From Desulfovibrio sp. (GTDB lineage: Bacteria; Desulfobacterota; Desulfovibrionia; Desulfovibrionales; Desulfovibrionaceae): a DNA stretch of 64,000 nucleotides. Each line of letters starts with the position of its first letter. Position 1 is the first letter of the stretch. Shown here in pieces: positions 26,377 through 37,000 of the stretch. The notes under the pieces are model-generated. The model saw only the letters and a program-made list of their open reading frames with translations. It had not been told where the DNA came from and made no database searches. The position numbers and the translations under genes were made by a program. Location: the NCBI GenBank assembly GCA_031271265.1, contig JAISWB010000044.1, positions 17,249 through 81,248 of the forward strand, given 5' to 3'.

Positions 26377-26460
26377 GGATACCTCGTTCGATGCGTTGAG
26401 TTTGCCCCTTACATACGACGTATTCGAGCCGTGTAAAGGGGCGAAGGCCGGGTACGGGGA

Positions 26461-26509
26461 CAAAAAAACGCAACCACCGCGCCTGCCTGCCCCGCCGTTC
26501 AGCGGTGGT
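26461..26509 (-). terminator. Possible rho-independent terminator after rlmH
   Basis: An 8-bp stem ACCACCGC/GCGGTGGT with a 21-nt loop, followed by TGCG-TTTTTTT on the minus strand. The large loop lowers confidence. Confidence 0.4.
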
Positions 26510-26966
26510 ACGGAGTATTCCGGATAATGTTCTCGGCCCTGTACAACTGCTCCAGGAGCAGGACGCGCGCAAGCTCGTGCGGCAAAGTCATGCGCCCCAA
26601 GGAGAGAACCTGTTCCGCCGCTGCAAGTACGCGGGGAGCCTGCCCGTCCGGGCCGCCGACGACAAAACAGGGGACGCGCCCGGCATCGTGCAGCCCGCGC
26701 ACAAACGCCGCAAATTCCGCAGAGTTTTGCTCCCGGCCTCGCTCGTCGAGGCAGAGAACCGCATCCGCCGGCCGAACCTTGCCGAGTATGCGTTCACCTT
26801 CCTGCTCTTTGCGCTCTGCCGGGGACAGTCCCGCTGTGCCGTCCTTCACAACCGCTTCCTCAAAACGCACACCCCAACGCCGCAGGCGTTCGGTATAACG
26901 GGCGCAGGCTTCATTCCAGAAAGCGCACCGCATGCGTCCCACGGCTATGAGTTTTGTTGTGCGCAT
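26499..26966 (-). CDS. rlmH: 23S rRNA (pseudouridine1915-N3)-methyltransferase RlmH (SPOUT)
   Basis: Trimmed to MRTTKLIAVGRMR.... 155 aa. C-terminal LSLGRMTLPHELARVLLLEQLYRA is typical of RlmH. Confidence 0.85.
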   Translation of the reverse strand: MRTTKLIAVGRMRCAFWNEACARYTERLRRWGVRFEEAVVKDGTAGLSPAERKEQEGERILGKVRPADAVLCLDERGREQNSAEFAAFVRGLHDAGRVPCFVVGGPDGQAPRVLAAAEQVLSLGRMTLPHELARVLLLEQLYRAENIIRNTPYHR

Positions 26967-27176
26967 TTCCCGGCGCTTCCCCGCATGTTCTTGTCCTCGG
27001 CGCGGCAATGCAGTATACGCATTTCGCGCTCCGGACGCAAATGCCCGCCGGCAAGGCGGCCGATGCATGTAGAGCCGCCTGCCCGCAAAGGCGGTTGCCT
27101 GCGGAAGCGGTCGCCTGCACGACGTTGCGCACGGTAGAGGCGAATAACGGGAAATTGGCTGCCGACGGCGTATCAC

Positions 27177-27863
27177 TTGCCGAATAGGCCGAACAGACTG
27201 AAAAAGCTGAGTAAAAAATTGGACATAGACTCAGGTCGGCGTCTTACTCTCGCGGAAGCGGCGGATGCCGTCCGCCGGGGAAAACTTGTGCTGTTTCCCA
27301 CGGAAAGCGTCTTCGGCCTGGGCTGCGACATTACGGACACGGACGCCGTGGCCGCGCTGTTTCGATTGAAAAAGCGTCCGCCCGCCAAAGCTCTGCCGGT
27401 GATTATAGGCGGGCGCGGGCAACTCGGGCTTGCCGCGGCGCATGTTCCCCCCCACGCTCTGCGCCTTGCCGATATCTTCTGGCCGGGGCCGCTTTCCATA
27501 CTTTTCGATGCCCGGCCGGAGCTCACGCCGCTGTTGACGGCCGGGAGCGGCCGGGTTGCCGTGCGTGTGCCCGCGCACCATGCGGCGCGCGAACTCTGCC
27601 TGGCCTGCGGACGGCCTCTTGTCGCCACCAGCGCCAACATAAGCTCCATGCCCGCAACCGCGGACCCGAAAGAACTGGCCCCGGAACTGCTGCGGGAAAC
27701 GGCCGGGATTTTTTGCGGTGATCCTCCCCCTTCGGGCGGCCTGCCCTCGACGATCGTCGACCTTGCGGCGGACGGAACGGTGCGCGTGCTGCGCACCGGT
27801 GCCGTCACCGAAGCCCGTCTGCAGGAAACCGGTTTCGTCGTTGTCCGTGGAACCGCCGATTGA
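27177..27863 (+). CDS. tsaC: L-threonylcarbamoyladenylate synthase (YrdC/TsaC/Sua5 family)
   Basis: LVLFPTESVFGLGCD, KKRPPAKALPVII, FWPGPLSILF, VAVRVPAH motifs. There is no in-frame ATG near the N-terminus, so the non-ATG start at 27177 is uncertain. Confidence 0.8.
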   Translation: MPNRPNRLKKLSKKLDIDSGRRLTLAEAADAVRRGKLVLFPTESVFGLGCDITDTDAVAALFRLKKRPPAKALPVIIGGRGQLGLAAAHVPPHALRLADIFWPGPLSILFDARPELTPLLTAGSGRVAVRVPAHHAARELCLACGRPLVATSANISSMPATADPKELAPELLRETAGIFCGDPPPSGGLPSTIVDLAADGTVRVLRTGAVTEARLQETGFVVVRGTAD

Positions 27864-27889
27864 TTTGTTGACGTCCTCCCTTTCCTGAA

Positions 27890-27906
27890 GTGTGTGTGGG
27901 GGGGGG
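27890..27906. repeat. (GT)4 followed by a G9 homopolymer tract in the tsaC-proC spacer
   Basis: gtgtgtgtggggggggg read directly. G run at 27898..27906. Confidence 0.9.
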
Positions 27907-28084
27907 TCAAATTTTTGAGGGTGTTAACTTACGAATGATTTTACCCCCTGAATCGGTTGTGGGGCAAGGGTTTTAATAAACTGAAACATTCTTTGGGCAA
28001 TACCCTCCTTTCGAAAACTTCCATATACCTGCCTGGACCTGACGAATGTGGGTTGAAACGCTCTAAACCACAAAGGAAATTGCG

Positions 28085-28903
28085 ATGAACATCGGTTTCA
28101 TCGGCGCCGGCAACATGGCGGGCGCGATCATCAGGGGACTGCTTGCGCGCGGGTTTGCGCAGGCCGCAAATATCCGCATCCACGGCCGGGATGAGGCCAA
28201 AGCGCGTGCCTTAGCCGGGGAAACAGGCGTAACGTTATGCCGATCCAACGCCGAAGTCGTTGCCGGGTCCGACGCGGTGCTGCTCGCCGTCAAGCCCGGC
28301 GATTTCCCCGCCCTGCTTGCGTCCCTGCGGACGGAGATTATCGGCAAAAAGCCGCTGCTTCTGTCCATAGCCGCCGGCACGACACTGGCTTCCATCGCCG
28401 GCGGACTCGGCGACACGGACAACTCTGTGCCGGTCGTGCGCATCATCCCCAACGTCAACGCCCGCGTGGGGGAAGGTGTCGCCGGTATCTGCGCCGGCCG
28501 CGCCGTGACGGAGGAACAGCTCACCTGGACCGAGAGCCTCTTCAACGCCGTCGGCCGCGCCGTCCGCATCGAAGAAGACAAGTTCAGCATTTTTCAGGCC
28601 GTGGCCTGCGCCTCGCCCGCCTGGACCTTCATGTTCATCGAGGGATTGGCCAGAGGCGGCGTCAAAAAGGGCCTGACCAAGGAGCAGGCGACCGTCGCCG
28701 CGGCTCAGGCGGTCCTGGGCAGCGCCCGCCTTGTGCTGGAAACCGGCCTGTCGCCCTCCGTGCTTGTGGACACGGTCTGCTCGCCCGGCGGCACCACTAT
28801 TGCCGGGGTGGCCGCGTTGGAAGAAGGAGCGCTGCTCGGCACAGTCATGAAAGCTGTTGAAAAATGCTACGAGCGGGACTTGGAAATTCTGGCGAATACA
28901 TAG
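28085..28903 (+). CDS. proC: Pyrroline-5-carboxylate reductase
   Basis: MNIGFIGAGNMAGAII Rossmann start and C-terminal CSPGGTTIAG motif. 272 aa. Confidence 0.92.
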   Translation: MNIGFIGAGNMAGAIIRGLLARGFAQAANIRIHGRDEAKARALAGETGVTLCRSNAEVVAGSDAVLLAVKPGDFPALLASLRTEIIGKKPLLLSIAAGTTLASIAGGLGDTDNSVPVVRIIPNVNARVGEGVAGICAGRAVTEEQLTWTESLFNAVGRAVRIEEDKFSIFQAVACASPAWTFMFIEGLARGGVKKGLTKEQATVAAAQAVLGSARLVLETGLSPSVLVDTVCSPGGTTIAGVAALEEGALLGTVMKAVEKCYERDLEILANT

Positions 28904-29141
28904 GCAAACATTGACGCGCCCCGGCCGTCGAAGGTGCCGCTCCCGTCAGTCCGCGTCAAACGCTTTACCCAACTGCCTCCCGTCGTGCGCTCCGGATGAT
29001 CGGGCGTCGGCGCCGGTCCGTGCAAGGCCTTTTCCCGGTAATACGGAAGCCGCGCATACAGGGGACTCTTCGGCAGCCGAGGGAATATTGCCGAGTTGTC
29101 GAAACATCGGAGACAGACGCCGCGCACCGCGAAGGGAATCA

Positions 29142-30269
29142 TCAGTTGGGCGCGGGACACGCGTTTACCGTGAACCGGGCAACGGCGGCGTCGAATTCCT
29201 GTTGCAGGCTGCTGATTAGTTCTTTGACGGTGGTAATGCCGTCAATGCGGAAAACATTGGTGCCGCTGAAGACAAAGCCGCGTTCCAGGTTGCCTTTCAT
29301 GGCGTTGAAGAGCGCTGCGGCTATGCAGTACGGGGATTTTTCCGGGTTGCAGGTGCTGATGCAGTGGAAAAGGCACCGGAAGTTTTTCCGCCCTTCTTCA
29401 AGAGCTTCGATGAAGCGTCCCCTGATGGCCCGTCCCGGCATGCCGACGGGGCTTTTGATGATGGTGACGTCCTCTTCCCCGGCGTCCACATAGGCTTGTT
29501 TGAAACGGATATCGGCATCGCATTCTTCCGTGGCCACGAAACGGGTGCCCATCTGCACGCCGGCGGCGCCCATGCCCAGAAAACGATGAATGTCCTCACC
29601 GGAATAGACGCCGCCCGCAGCGATCACCGGGATACGTCTGCCTGCCTGGTCCTCGAATTTTTTCACCGCTTCAATCACTTCCGGGACGATTTTTTCCAAG
29701 GCGTTTTCCGGCTTGTCCAGTTCATCCGCCTTGTACCCCAGGTGTCCTCCCGCCTTGGGGCCCTCGACCACGAAAGCGTCCGGCAGATAGGCCGCGCGGG
29801 ACAGCCATTTTCTGCACAATATGCCCGCAGCACGGGCCGACGACACGATGGGCACAAGGCAGGTGCGGAATTCTTCCTTTCTCTCGTCGCACACGGCACG
29901 CAGAACTGCGGGCAGATCCGTCGGCAACCCGGCGCCGGAGAAAATGACGTCGGCCCGTTCGACAACAGCCGTCCGCACCAGAGAAGCAAAATCCGTCAGC
30001 GCCACCATGATGTTCACGCCGATTACGCCGTCCGTGAGTCCCCTGGCTTTCCTGATTTCCGCCGCCAGGGCGCGCGCGTTGGCGGCGACCGGGTTCCTGC
30101 CCACATCGGGTTCGCGCATGCCGATCATGGCGGCCGCGATGACGCCTATCCCGCCTTCGGCCGCGACCGCGGAAGCAAGGCGGTGCAGGGAAATGCCGAC
30201 ACCCATGCCGCCCTGGATGATGGGAATTTCGGCGACGATGTCGCCTATGGTCAGGGAAGGGAAAGGCAT
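29142..30269 (-). CDS. FMN-dependent oxidoreductase, nitronate monooxygenase / FabK-like family
   Basis: The 492-aa track ORF is trimmed to ATG 30269 (MPFPSLTIGDIVAEIPIIQGGMGVGIS). NMO/FabK-like TIM-barrel motifs are present. 375 aa. The substrate is unknown. Confidence 0.8.
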   Translation of the reverse strand: MPFPSLTIGDIVAEIPIIQGGMGVGISLHRLASAVAAEGGIGVIAAAMIGMREPDVGRNPVAANARALAAEIRKARGLTDGVIGVNIMVALTDFASLVRTAVVERADVIFSGAGLPTDLPAVLRAVCDERKEEFRTCLVPIVSSARAAGILCRKWLSRAAYLPDAFVVEGPKAGGHLGYKADELDKPENALEKIVPEVIEAVKKFEDQAGRRIPVIAAGGVYSGEDIHRFLGMGAAGVQMGTRFVATEECDADIRFKQAYVDAGEEDVTIIKSPVGMPGRAIRGRFIEALEEGRKNFRCLFHCISTCNPEKSPYCIAAALFNAMKGNLERGFVFSGTNVFRIDGITTVKELISSLQQEFDAAVARFTVNACPAPN

Positions 30270-30333
30270 GTCGTTCTCCCGGCGCTGTTGCGGATGACGG
30301 CCCGGACGGCTCCGGACGCGTACTTCGTCGTGT

Positions 30334-30362
30334 TGTATAGTATTTTTCCTTCCGTTGCACAA
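30334..30362 (-). promoter_or_regulatory. Candidate sigma-70 promoter for the NMO/FabK-like gene
   Basis: Minus strand TTGTGC-N17-TATACA, about 60 nt upstream of ATG 30269. Confidence 0.35.
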
Positions 30363-30568
30363 CAGTCGGCCGCACGGTTCCGCATATTTCCTCAACTCCC
30401 GCCGCGGGGCTTTTCGTCCGCCTGTCCGGTGAGATGTCACGCCTGTACTGCCGCAACAGGCGTGAAGACCGCAAAGCAGAAAACGCGGTTTTTCGCCGTG
30501 CTCACGCCGCCTGCGGCGGCACGCCCGGCTTGTCCGCGGCGGCCGGTACTCTGCTCGATAATGTATTT

Positions 30569-33500
30569 TTAAGCGGTACAGCGTACCGGCACCATGCACA
30601 ATTTTTTGTAAGAACACCACCCGCAGTGTCTGCCCGGCCGCGCTTCGGCCGAGGGGGCGGTCAGCATGTCGCGCAGCAGGAACTCCAGAAGCGCCGGGAT
30701 GGATTCGCCGATTGCCGTCTGCCGTTCCTCAAAAGAAAAAGTATCCGGAAACAGAAAATTTTCGCCGCCGTCGCCGCCGAGATCCACCCAGGCCGCGTTG
30801 ACGGCCGCGATGTCCCTGCCGGCCGGGCCGGGTGCCGCCGTGTCCTGTTCCCGCGCCAGGGAATAGAGCAGCAGGTAAAAGGGCAGTTGTATGCTCGGCA
30901 GCCTGTCGGCGATTTCGGCAAACAGGGATCGGGCCTCCATATCCGCGTTGTGTCCGGCAGCGCGTCCGCCGTGCGCGTTCCATGTCTTTACCCGTTGCAG
31001 CAGATCCGTGTCCCGCCACAGCGCCGGAGCGATTTTCGCCGTATTCCCGGTCTTGTAGTCCAGAATGACGACTCCCGGGCGCGGGCCGCACGCTGCCGTG
31101 TCTTCCGGGGACGGCGTTTTTTTCCCGCCTGCTCCGCAGACGCAGGAACGCACATCCAGGCGGTCCACGGTCCCGGCCAGGGAAAAGCGCGCGGGAAAGG
31201 CGCCGGACCCTGATCGGGGAGGGCAGGCAAAAGATGCAGCCAGGGAACACTCGACGGCCAGGACAGTCGTGGGCGGCTGCTTTTCCAAGTAGGCGGCGAG
31301 GCGTTTGCGGACCGCTTCTTCAAGCATGATCCGGGAATCGGCCGGCAGCTTGCGGAACAGTTCAGCACGGATGTCCGAGTTGACCACGAGCCGGAGCAAC
31401 TCGCCGCAATCTCCGGCCGGCGCCCCGGTCCCGGCCGGTAAAGCGCAATGCAGGCGTTCGGCGTAAAAGTCGCGCAGGGCGGCGTGCAGCATGTTGCCCA
31501 CGGCAAGGGGGTCGTCGCCTTCCGCTGCTTCGGCAGCAGGAGTTATGCGGGCCAGACGCTCGTAAAAAAACGCGGCCGGGCAGCGCAGCCGGGCGTCCAG
31601 CAGGGAAGCGGAAACCCGCCGCGCGAGCAGTTGCCCGACAAGCGCGCGCGTCGCGTCGTCCACGGCTATGCTTCGGCACACCGTGTTCACGGGGGGGACG
31701 GAGGGGGAGAGGATGGTCAGTATGCCGTCCTTTTCCTGTCCGGTCAGGATTCGCAGGCGTTTTTTCTCTTCCTGCCAGAGCAGTTCTTCCACAAAACGGC
31801 TTTTTTGCTTTTTCTCTCCCGGCGCTCCGGCAGCGCTGCCTTCCCGCCAGAGCAGGACAAGCTCTTCCGCTCCCGCGACAAGGCTGAAAAAGGTATGGGC
31901 GACAAGCTGTTCGCGGGCGTAGCGGGAAGGCAGCCCCAGTTCGGGGCGCAAAACGTCGGGCAGCAGGGGGTCTCCCTCCGGCGAGCCGGGCAGCGCGTCT
32001 TCCACGGCGTCCACGATGATCACGCGGCGAAAGGCAAGCAGGCGGCTTTCCAGCATACCCATGACCTGCAGACCTACCAAAGGTTCGGCCTCAAAGGGGA
32101 CGCTTTCGTTGTCCAGCAGACTGCGCATCAGGGTGAACAGCGCATCTTGCGGCAACTGTTCGGCGGACAGTTCGGATGCCGCCAGTTCCGGAATCAGGGA
32201 ACGGCGCAAGCGATACAGGCATTCGGCGTCAATGGGGAAACGCTCAAGAAGCCGCGCCCCGCAGCGGAGCACGAGACGGCAGACCCCGTCCAGCGCCGCG
32301 GCCAGCCCGGCGGCATCGCGGATATCGGCAAAGGCGTCCAGAAAGGTCCGGCAGCATTCTTCCAGCAGCGCGAGCACCGGGGCCGGCGGCATGTCTTCCG
32401 GCGGCGTCGCCTGATACAGTTCTTCAATTAGGGAATACAGGTTCACATACTTGTGCGCTTGGGTACGCAGGGCGAGGTCCAGGCGGAAAAGTTCGCGGCG
32501 GAAGCCGGCGTCCGTTCCGGGATGTACCCCGGCCCCTTCAGGCCGGAGCATGGTGATGTACGGGTGGCGCAACAGGTCGAGAAGATCGCGCCGGTAGCAG
32601 GCGTCTCCGGTGCGCCCTTCCTGCAGGCGCGCCGCCGTGTCCAGCAGACGGGCAAGCGGAGAGCGGGCCAGGGGCAGACCCATGGAAATATTGATGTCCG
32701 TGTGCGGCAGGTGGTGCAGCACGGGCATGAGCAGGTCGCCGCGCGGCAGGAAGACGGCCGTATCCACAGGCTTGTCGTCGGCCGTGCCGGCGTCGAACGG
32801 GTCATCGGCCGAAGCGCCGTCGGACCTGTCTTCCCCCGCATAGGCATCGAACGAGTCGTAGGCCGCTTCGTTGCCGTGCGGGTTGCAGGCCGCTTCATTG
32901 CCGGCCGCATCGCCGTCGGGTCGGCAGCCTGCCGTATCGGCATCGTGCGGCTCGCCTGCCGCATCGGCATCGGACATGCCGCCGGAGGCGTTTTTACCGG
33001 GGGGAGGGTAGGGGCGTTCCCCGTTGTATCCCGCAAGTTCCCGGCGCAGAACGTCAAGTTGGGAATGCAGGTCGTAGGCGGCGTAGAAGCGGATGCGCGG
33101 TTCTTTGCCGCGTTCTCCTCCGCAACCGGGGGCAAGTTCCGGGCGTGTTCCCCAGCGCACGGCCCAGTCCGCAAAGGAGCGGCAACTCCAGTGCGCCCCG
33201 CCGTCTCCGGGGCGCGCTAAGGCTGCGTCGGCGTGGATGACGACGCGGGCGTCCAGATCGTCCCGCATGCGGCGGAAAATGATGTCTTCCGCGCCGGTCG
33301 GCATATGGAATCCAGCCAGATAGACGACTGTTTCCGCCGCTGTGCCGGCGGCGGAAAAGAGGGCGCCGGTAAGGAAATTTTCCGGCAGTCTGCCCTGCTT
33401 TTCGACGAATTCGGCAGCCGTGCGCGCATTCAGGCCCTCCGTAGTATAATGGCCCGCTTCAAGCAGGCCCCGGTAGCGGACGAAAAGCGGCCGCAGCCGG

Positions 33501-34045
33501 GCCAGGAGCTTTTGCGCATAGGGCAGGGCAAGATCTTCGGCATGCTCAAAGTTCACCGGCGTACTCATCTGCGTGAAGCATTCCTCGAAAAGCTCCGCCA
33601 GGCGGATGCCCCACGGGAAGAAGCCTGCGGCGTCCGTGTCGAAAGGCATGGCTGTCGCGCGGCTCTCTTCACGCAGAGCGGCGAGCAGCAGGCCGATGCG
33701 GTCGAGAAGACCGGCGCGGCGGCGGGGGCGCGACAGGATAAGCCGGTTGAGTTCTTCCATGAGCCCGGTTGCCGTGTAGGTGCGCGGCAGGAACAACGGC
33801 CTGCGCGGAGATTCCGGCGCGGGAGGAGTGTCCGGCGCGGCATGCTCCGGGCCGCCCGGCGCGAAGCCGGGAAAGGTTCTTCCGGTCCGTTCGCGCAGCA
33901 ACAGGGGAAGGTAACGCGCGGGCCGCGCGTGGGGGAACACGAAGACCGCGCGCCCGAGGTCGCCGCCCGTGTCCCGCAGGGCGGTATCCAGAAGAACTTT
34001 GAGGAAGTTACGCTGCCGGGGAATGAGCAGGAAGGGGCGGTTCAT
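30569..34045 (-). CDS. AddB-like PD-(D/E)XK nuclease subunit (1158 aa)
   Basis: C-terminal VVILDYKTG nuclease motif and a Cys cluster (HCGWCSYKKLC). I see no Walker A. The ATG overlaps the upstream helicase stop (ATGA). Confidence 0.75.
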   Translation of the reverse strand: MNRPFLLIPRQRNFLKVLLDTALRDTGGDLGRAVFVFPHARPARYLPLLLRERTGRTFPGFAPGGPEHAAPDTPPAPESPRRPLFLPRTYTATGLMEELNRLILSRPRRRAGLLDRIGLLLAALREESRATAMPFDTDAAGFFPWGIRLAELFEECFTQMSTPVNFEHAEDLALPYAQKLLARLRPLFVRYRGLLEAGHYTTEGLNARTAAEFVEKQGRLPENFLTGALFSAAGTAAETVVYLAGFHMPTGAEDIIFRRMRDDLDARVVIHADAALARPGDGGAHWSCRSFADWAVRWGTRPELAPGCGGERGKEPRIRFYAAYDLHSQLDVLRRELAGYNGERPYPPPGKNASGGMSDADAAGEPHDADTAGCRPDGDAAGNEAACNPHGNEAAYDSFDAYAGEDRSDGASADDPFDAGTADDKPVDTAVFLPRGDLLMPVLHHLPHTDINISMGLPLARSPLARLLDTAARLQEGRTGDACYRRDLLDLLRHPYITMLRPEGAGVHPGTDAGFRRELFRLDLALRTQAHKYVNLYSLIEELYQATPPEDMPPAPVLALLEECCRTFLDAFADIRDAAGLAAALDGVCRLVLRCGARLLERFPIDAECLYRLRRSLIPELAASELSAEQLPQDALFTLMRSLLDNESVPFEAEPLVGLQVMGMLESRLLAFRRVIIVDAVEDALPGSPEGDPLLPDVLRPELGLPSRYAREQLVAHTFFSLVAGAEELVLLWREGSAAGAPGEKKQKSRFVEELLWQEEKKRLRILTGQEKDGILTILSPSVPPVNTVCRSIAVDDATRALVGQLLARRVSASLLDARLRCPAAFFYERLARITPAAEAAEGDDPLAVGNMLHAALRDFYAERLHCALPAGTGAPAGDCGELLRLVVNSDIRAELFRKLPADSRIMLEEAVRKRLAAYLEKQPPTTVLAVECSLAASFACPPRSGSGAFPARFSLAGTVDRLDVRSCVCGAGGKKTPSPEDTAACGPRPGVVILDYKTGNTAKIAPALWRDTDLLQRVKTWNAHGGRAAGHNADMEARSLFAEIADRLPSIQLPFYLLLYSLAREQDTAAPGPAGRDIAAVNAAWVDLGGDGGENFLFPDTFSFEERQTAIGESIPALLEFLLRDMLTAPSAEARPGRHCGWCSYKKLCMVPVRCTA

Positions 34046-37000
34046 GCCGCGCGTCCCCCGTCAACGGGCAGAAGCGTGCCGTCGAGGTACACGATGAGTC
34101 CGCGTGCCGGCCGGCCGCTTGCTCCGGCCAGCAGCCGCATGTAGTTGAGCATCTGCAGCGTGTGGCTTTCCCGGTATGTCCCGCTTTTGTAGTCCAGCAC
34201 GAGCAGTCCGCCGTCCGCATCCTCGTCGGCGCGGCCGAGAGCCCGCATGTCCACGAGCAAATCCGTCCGGTAAACTTTGCCCTGTTCATCCATGATGCTT
34301 TGTTCACGCAGGCCGCAGGCCAGCCAGGCCGCGGCATCGGGAAGGGCGGCAAAGCGCAGCAGCGCTTCGCGCAGTTCGGCGGCTACGCTTCCCGTCTGTT
34401 CAAGCGGGGGAGGGAAGAGGCGCAGGGCGCAGGCCGCCGCCCGCGCAACCGCTTCCTCCACGGCCTCCACCCCGCCGCAGCGCGGCAGGTGCAGATGCTC
34501 AAGGCACAGGTGCAGCAGGACGCCCCGTTCCCGCGCCGTCAACCTTGAGCCGGGAACGCCTGTTTCCGCGTCGCCCGCCTCCTCTCCGCCCGGAACCGCT
34601 TCCGGGTGAGAGCGGAATATTTTCAGGCGGGGCCAGGTTTGCATGGGACGCCACGGCAAGGGAGGAAGGGGTTCCGACATCGCGTCGGGCGTTCCCGTCT
34701 GTTTCGATATTGCATCCGGCGTTCCCGCCTGCTCCGACACTGTGCCGGGCGCGTCTGTCGGCTTCGGCGTTGCGCCGTCCGCTCCCTCGGTTGCCGGCAT
34801 CGCGCCGTTCGCTTCAGCCGGTGCGGCGTGGTCTTCCGCGCTCGGATGTTCCCAGCGGCAGAAGCGGTCGCCGTATTGCTCGCGGTAGATGCCGGCCGCC
34901 AATTTCAATGCCTCGGCCGGGCGGGTTCCGGGATTGGTCAGAAAGGCGTGCAGGGCGTAAACCGGGCGCGTCCAGGCCACGTACAGCAGGTTCAGCCGTT
35001 CAAGCTCTTCGCGCACACGGGCGGGGTAATACAGGTCGGGCAGTTCGCGCACTTCGCGGGTCGCAATATCCAACCCGAGGCAGTCGCGCCGCGTGATTTT
35101 CGAGTTGAAGGGCGTCTGCTTATGCTGAAAGGGCAGGACAACCACGGGAAACTCCAGCCCCTTGGCCTTGTGTATGGTCATCACGCGCACGGCACCCATA
35201 TTCTCCGGCATGGGCAGCTTTTCATCCACATTGCGCTTGCGGCAGAAGGCAAGAAAGGCCGCCGGGGAAACGCAGCCCTGCTGTTCCGCAAAATGCGCAA
35301 GCTCCAGAAGACGGCGGACAAAGGGGGTATCTTGAGCCCTGCGCCGCTCGAGGTCGAAGCGGAGGACGATTTCGGCAAGCAGGTCATAGGCGCTCATGAG
35401 TCCGGCTTCGGTATAAAACGGCTCGAACAGGCTCGCCCACAGCGCGGGGTACCGCGCGCGGAAAAGGGTGTACAAGGGAGGGCGGAAAGGGGTGCGGCTG
35501 AAGGCGCTTTCCGCCGCCCAGGCGAGGAACTCCTGCGGATCGTGACCCGCGTAACCGCCGGCAAGCTCCGGTCCGGAAATACATTCCATGAACGCCGCAT
35601 CGTCGGGCGGGTAATCCAGAAAGGTGATGAAAGAAACAAGCTTGCCGACAAGGGGATGGGCGAAAAGCCTGAAGCTGTTTTCCGTTACCACGGGGATGTG
35701 CAGTTGCGTCAGCAGGTCGGCGATGTATTCCGCCTCATCGCCGGTGCGGACGAGAACGGCAATGTCGCCGTGCTCCCAATGCCTCGGCAGTTCCTCCGTA
35801 AAGAGCCGGCGCAGCCTCCGGCTTACGACGTCCTGCACGGCGGCCGCGTTCGCTTCTTCCACGGTGTACAGCACGACCTCGGCGTGGGCGCTGTGGGGAT
35901 GCCCAAGCCTGCTGTTGTCCGGAGGAACCTGTTGGCGTACTCCGGAGAAAATTTTCAGCACTTCGGCGGCCGCCGTCTTCCGGCAGGAGTCGGGAGTATC
36001 TTCGGGGAGCAGCGCGCTCATGACGGCCGCGGCCGTTTCGGGTTGTTCCAGGAGAGAAAAAAAAGCGTTGTTGTGTTCGACGATGCAGGGCAGGCTGCGC
36101 CGGTTGGCGGTGAGGAACAGCGTTTTAGGCTCGCCGCCGACCCTGCGGAGATCCGGCGAGAGATCAATGTCGTCGAAAAGCGCCGCATCGCCGCCGCGCC
36201 AGCCGTAAACGGCCTGTTTGACGTCGCCCACAAGGGTGAGACTGCCCCCGGTGGCCAGGGCCTCAAGCGCGAGGGGCAGGACGGCCTCCCACTGCTCGCG
36301 GCTGGTATCCTGAAATTCGTCCAAAAGGATGCGGGAGATGCGTGTGCCCAGGCGGCACAGGGCATCGGACACCCCCGTTGCGCCGCCCATCAGGCCGGCC
36401 GTCAGATACGGCAGGAGCAGGGCGGGAAGCAGCTTCGACGTTTTGTCGGCTTTCATGCGCGCGCAGAGTTCCCCGGCCAGGCGGCACAGGGGCGCCAGGC
36501 GCAGGGCATGGCGCAGCACGGGCAGGTTGTCGGCATAGCGCACGAGCGCGTCCCGCGCGCGGTCGAAGGTCCGCAAGGCGTTTTCCGAGGCCGCCCCCCT
36601 GGAGGCTTTGTTCAGGCACTCGTTGAAGTCGCTTTTGCGCGTCCATATATCGGAAGGCAGGTTTTCGCCGGGCGCTGACAGGCTGCAGTTACGCAGAAAC
36701 TTGAGGTAATGCGCGTTGACGCTGAGGTTTTCCTGCCCGATCAGTTCGAGAAGTTCCGCGCAGGCCGCCTTGCACGGCACGTGCAGGCCGTTTATGCGGG
36801 CGAAGATGTCGCTTTCCTCCGCCGTCGGGAGCGTCCTTTCCTGTAGGTAAAGCTGCCGCTGCCGGCCGTTGTTGACGCCTTCTTCTTCAGCCCGGAGTGT
36901 CCCCGGCCCGGACGAAAGCCCCGCGGATTGCGGATTGCCGTCTTCCTCCGCCGGCAACATCGCCGGCCCGGACGAAAGCCTCGCGGATCCTGAATCACCG

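Noticed and set aside
31448-36678. Several 250-690-aa plus-strand ORFs opposite the addA/addB-like genes (e.g. 34606..36678, 31448..32431, 33233..34144).
   Set aside because: They are antisense to genes with helicase and nuclease motifs. Their composition is R/G/A/P-rich and they have no ribosome-binding sites.
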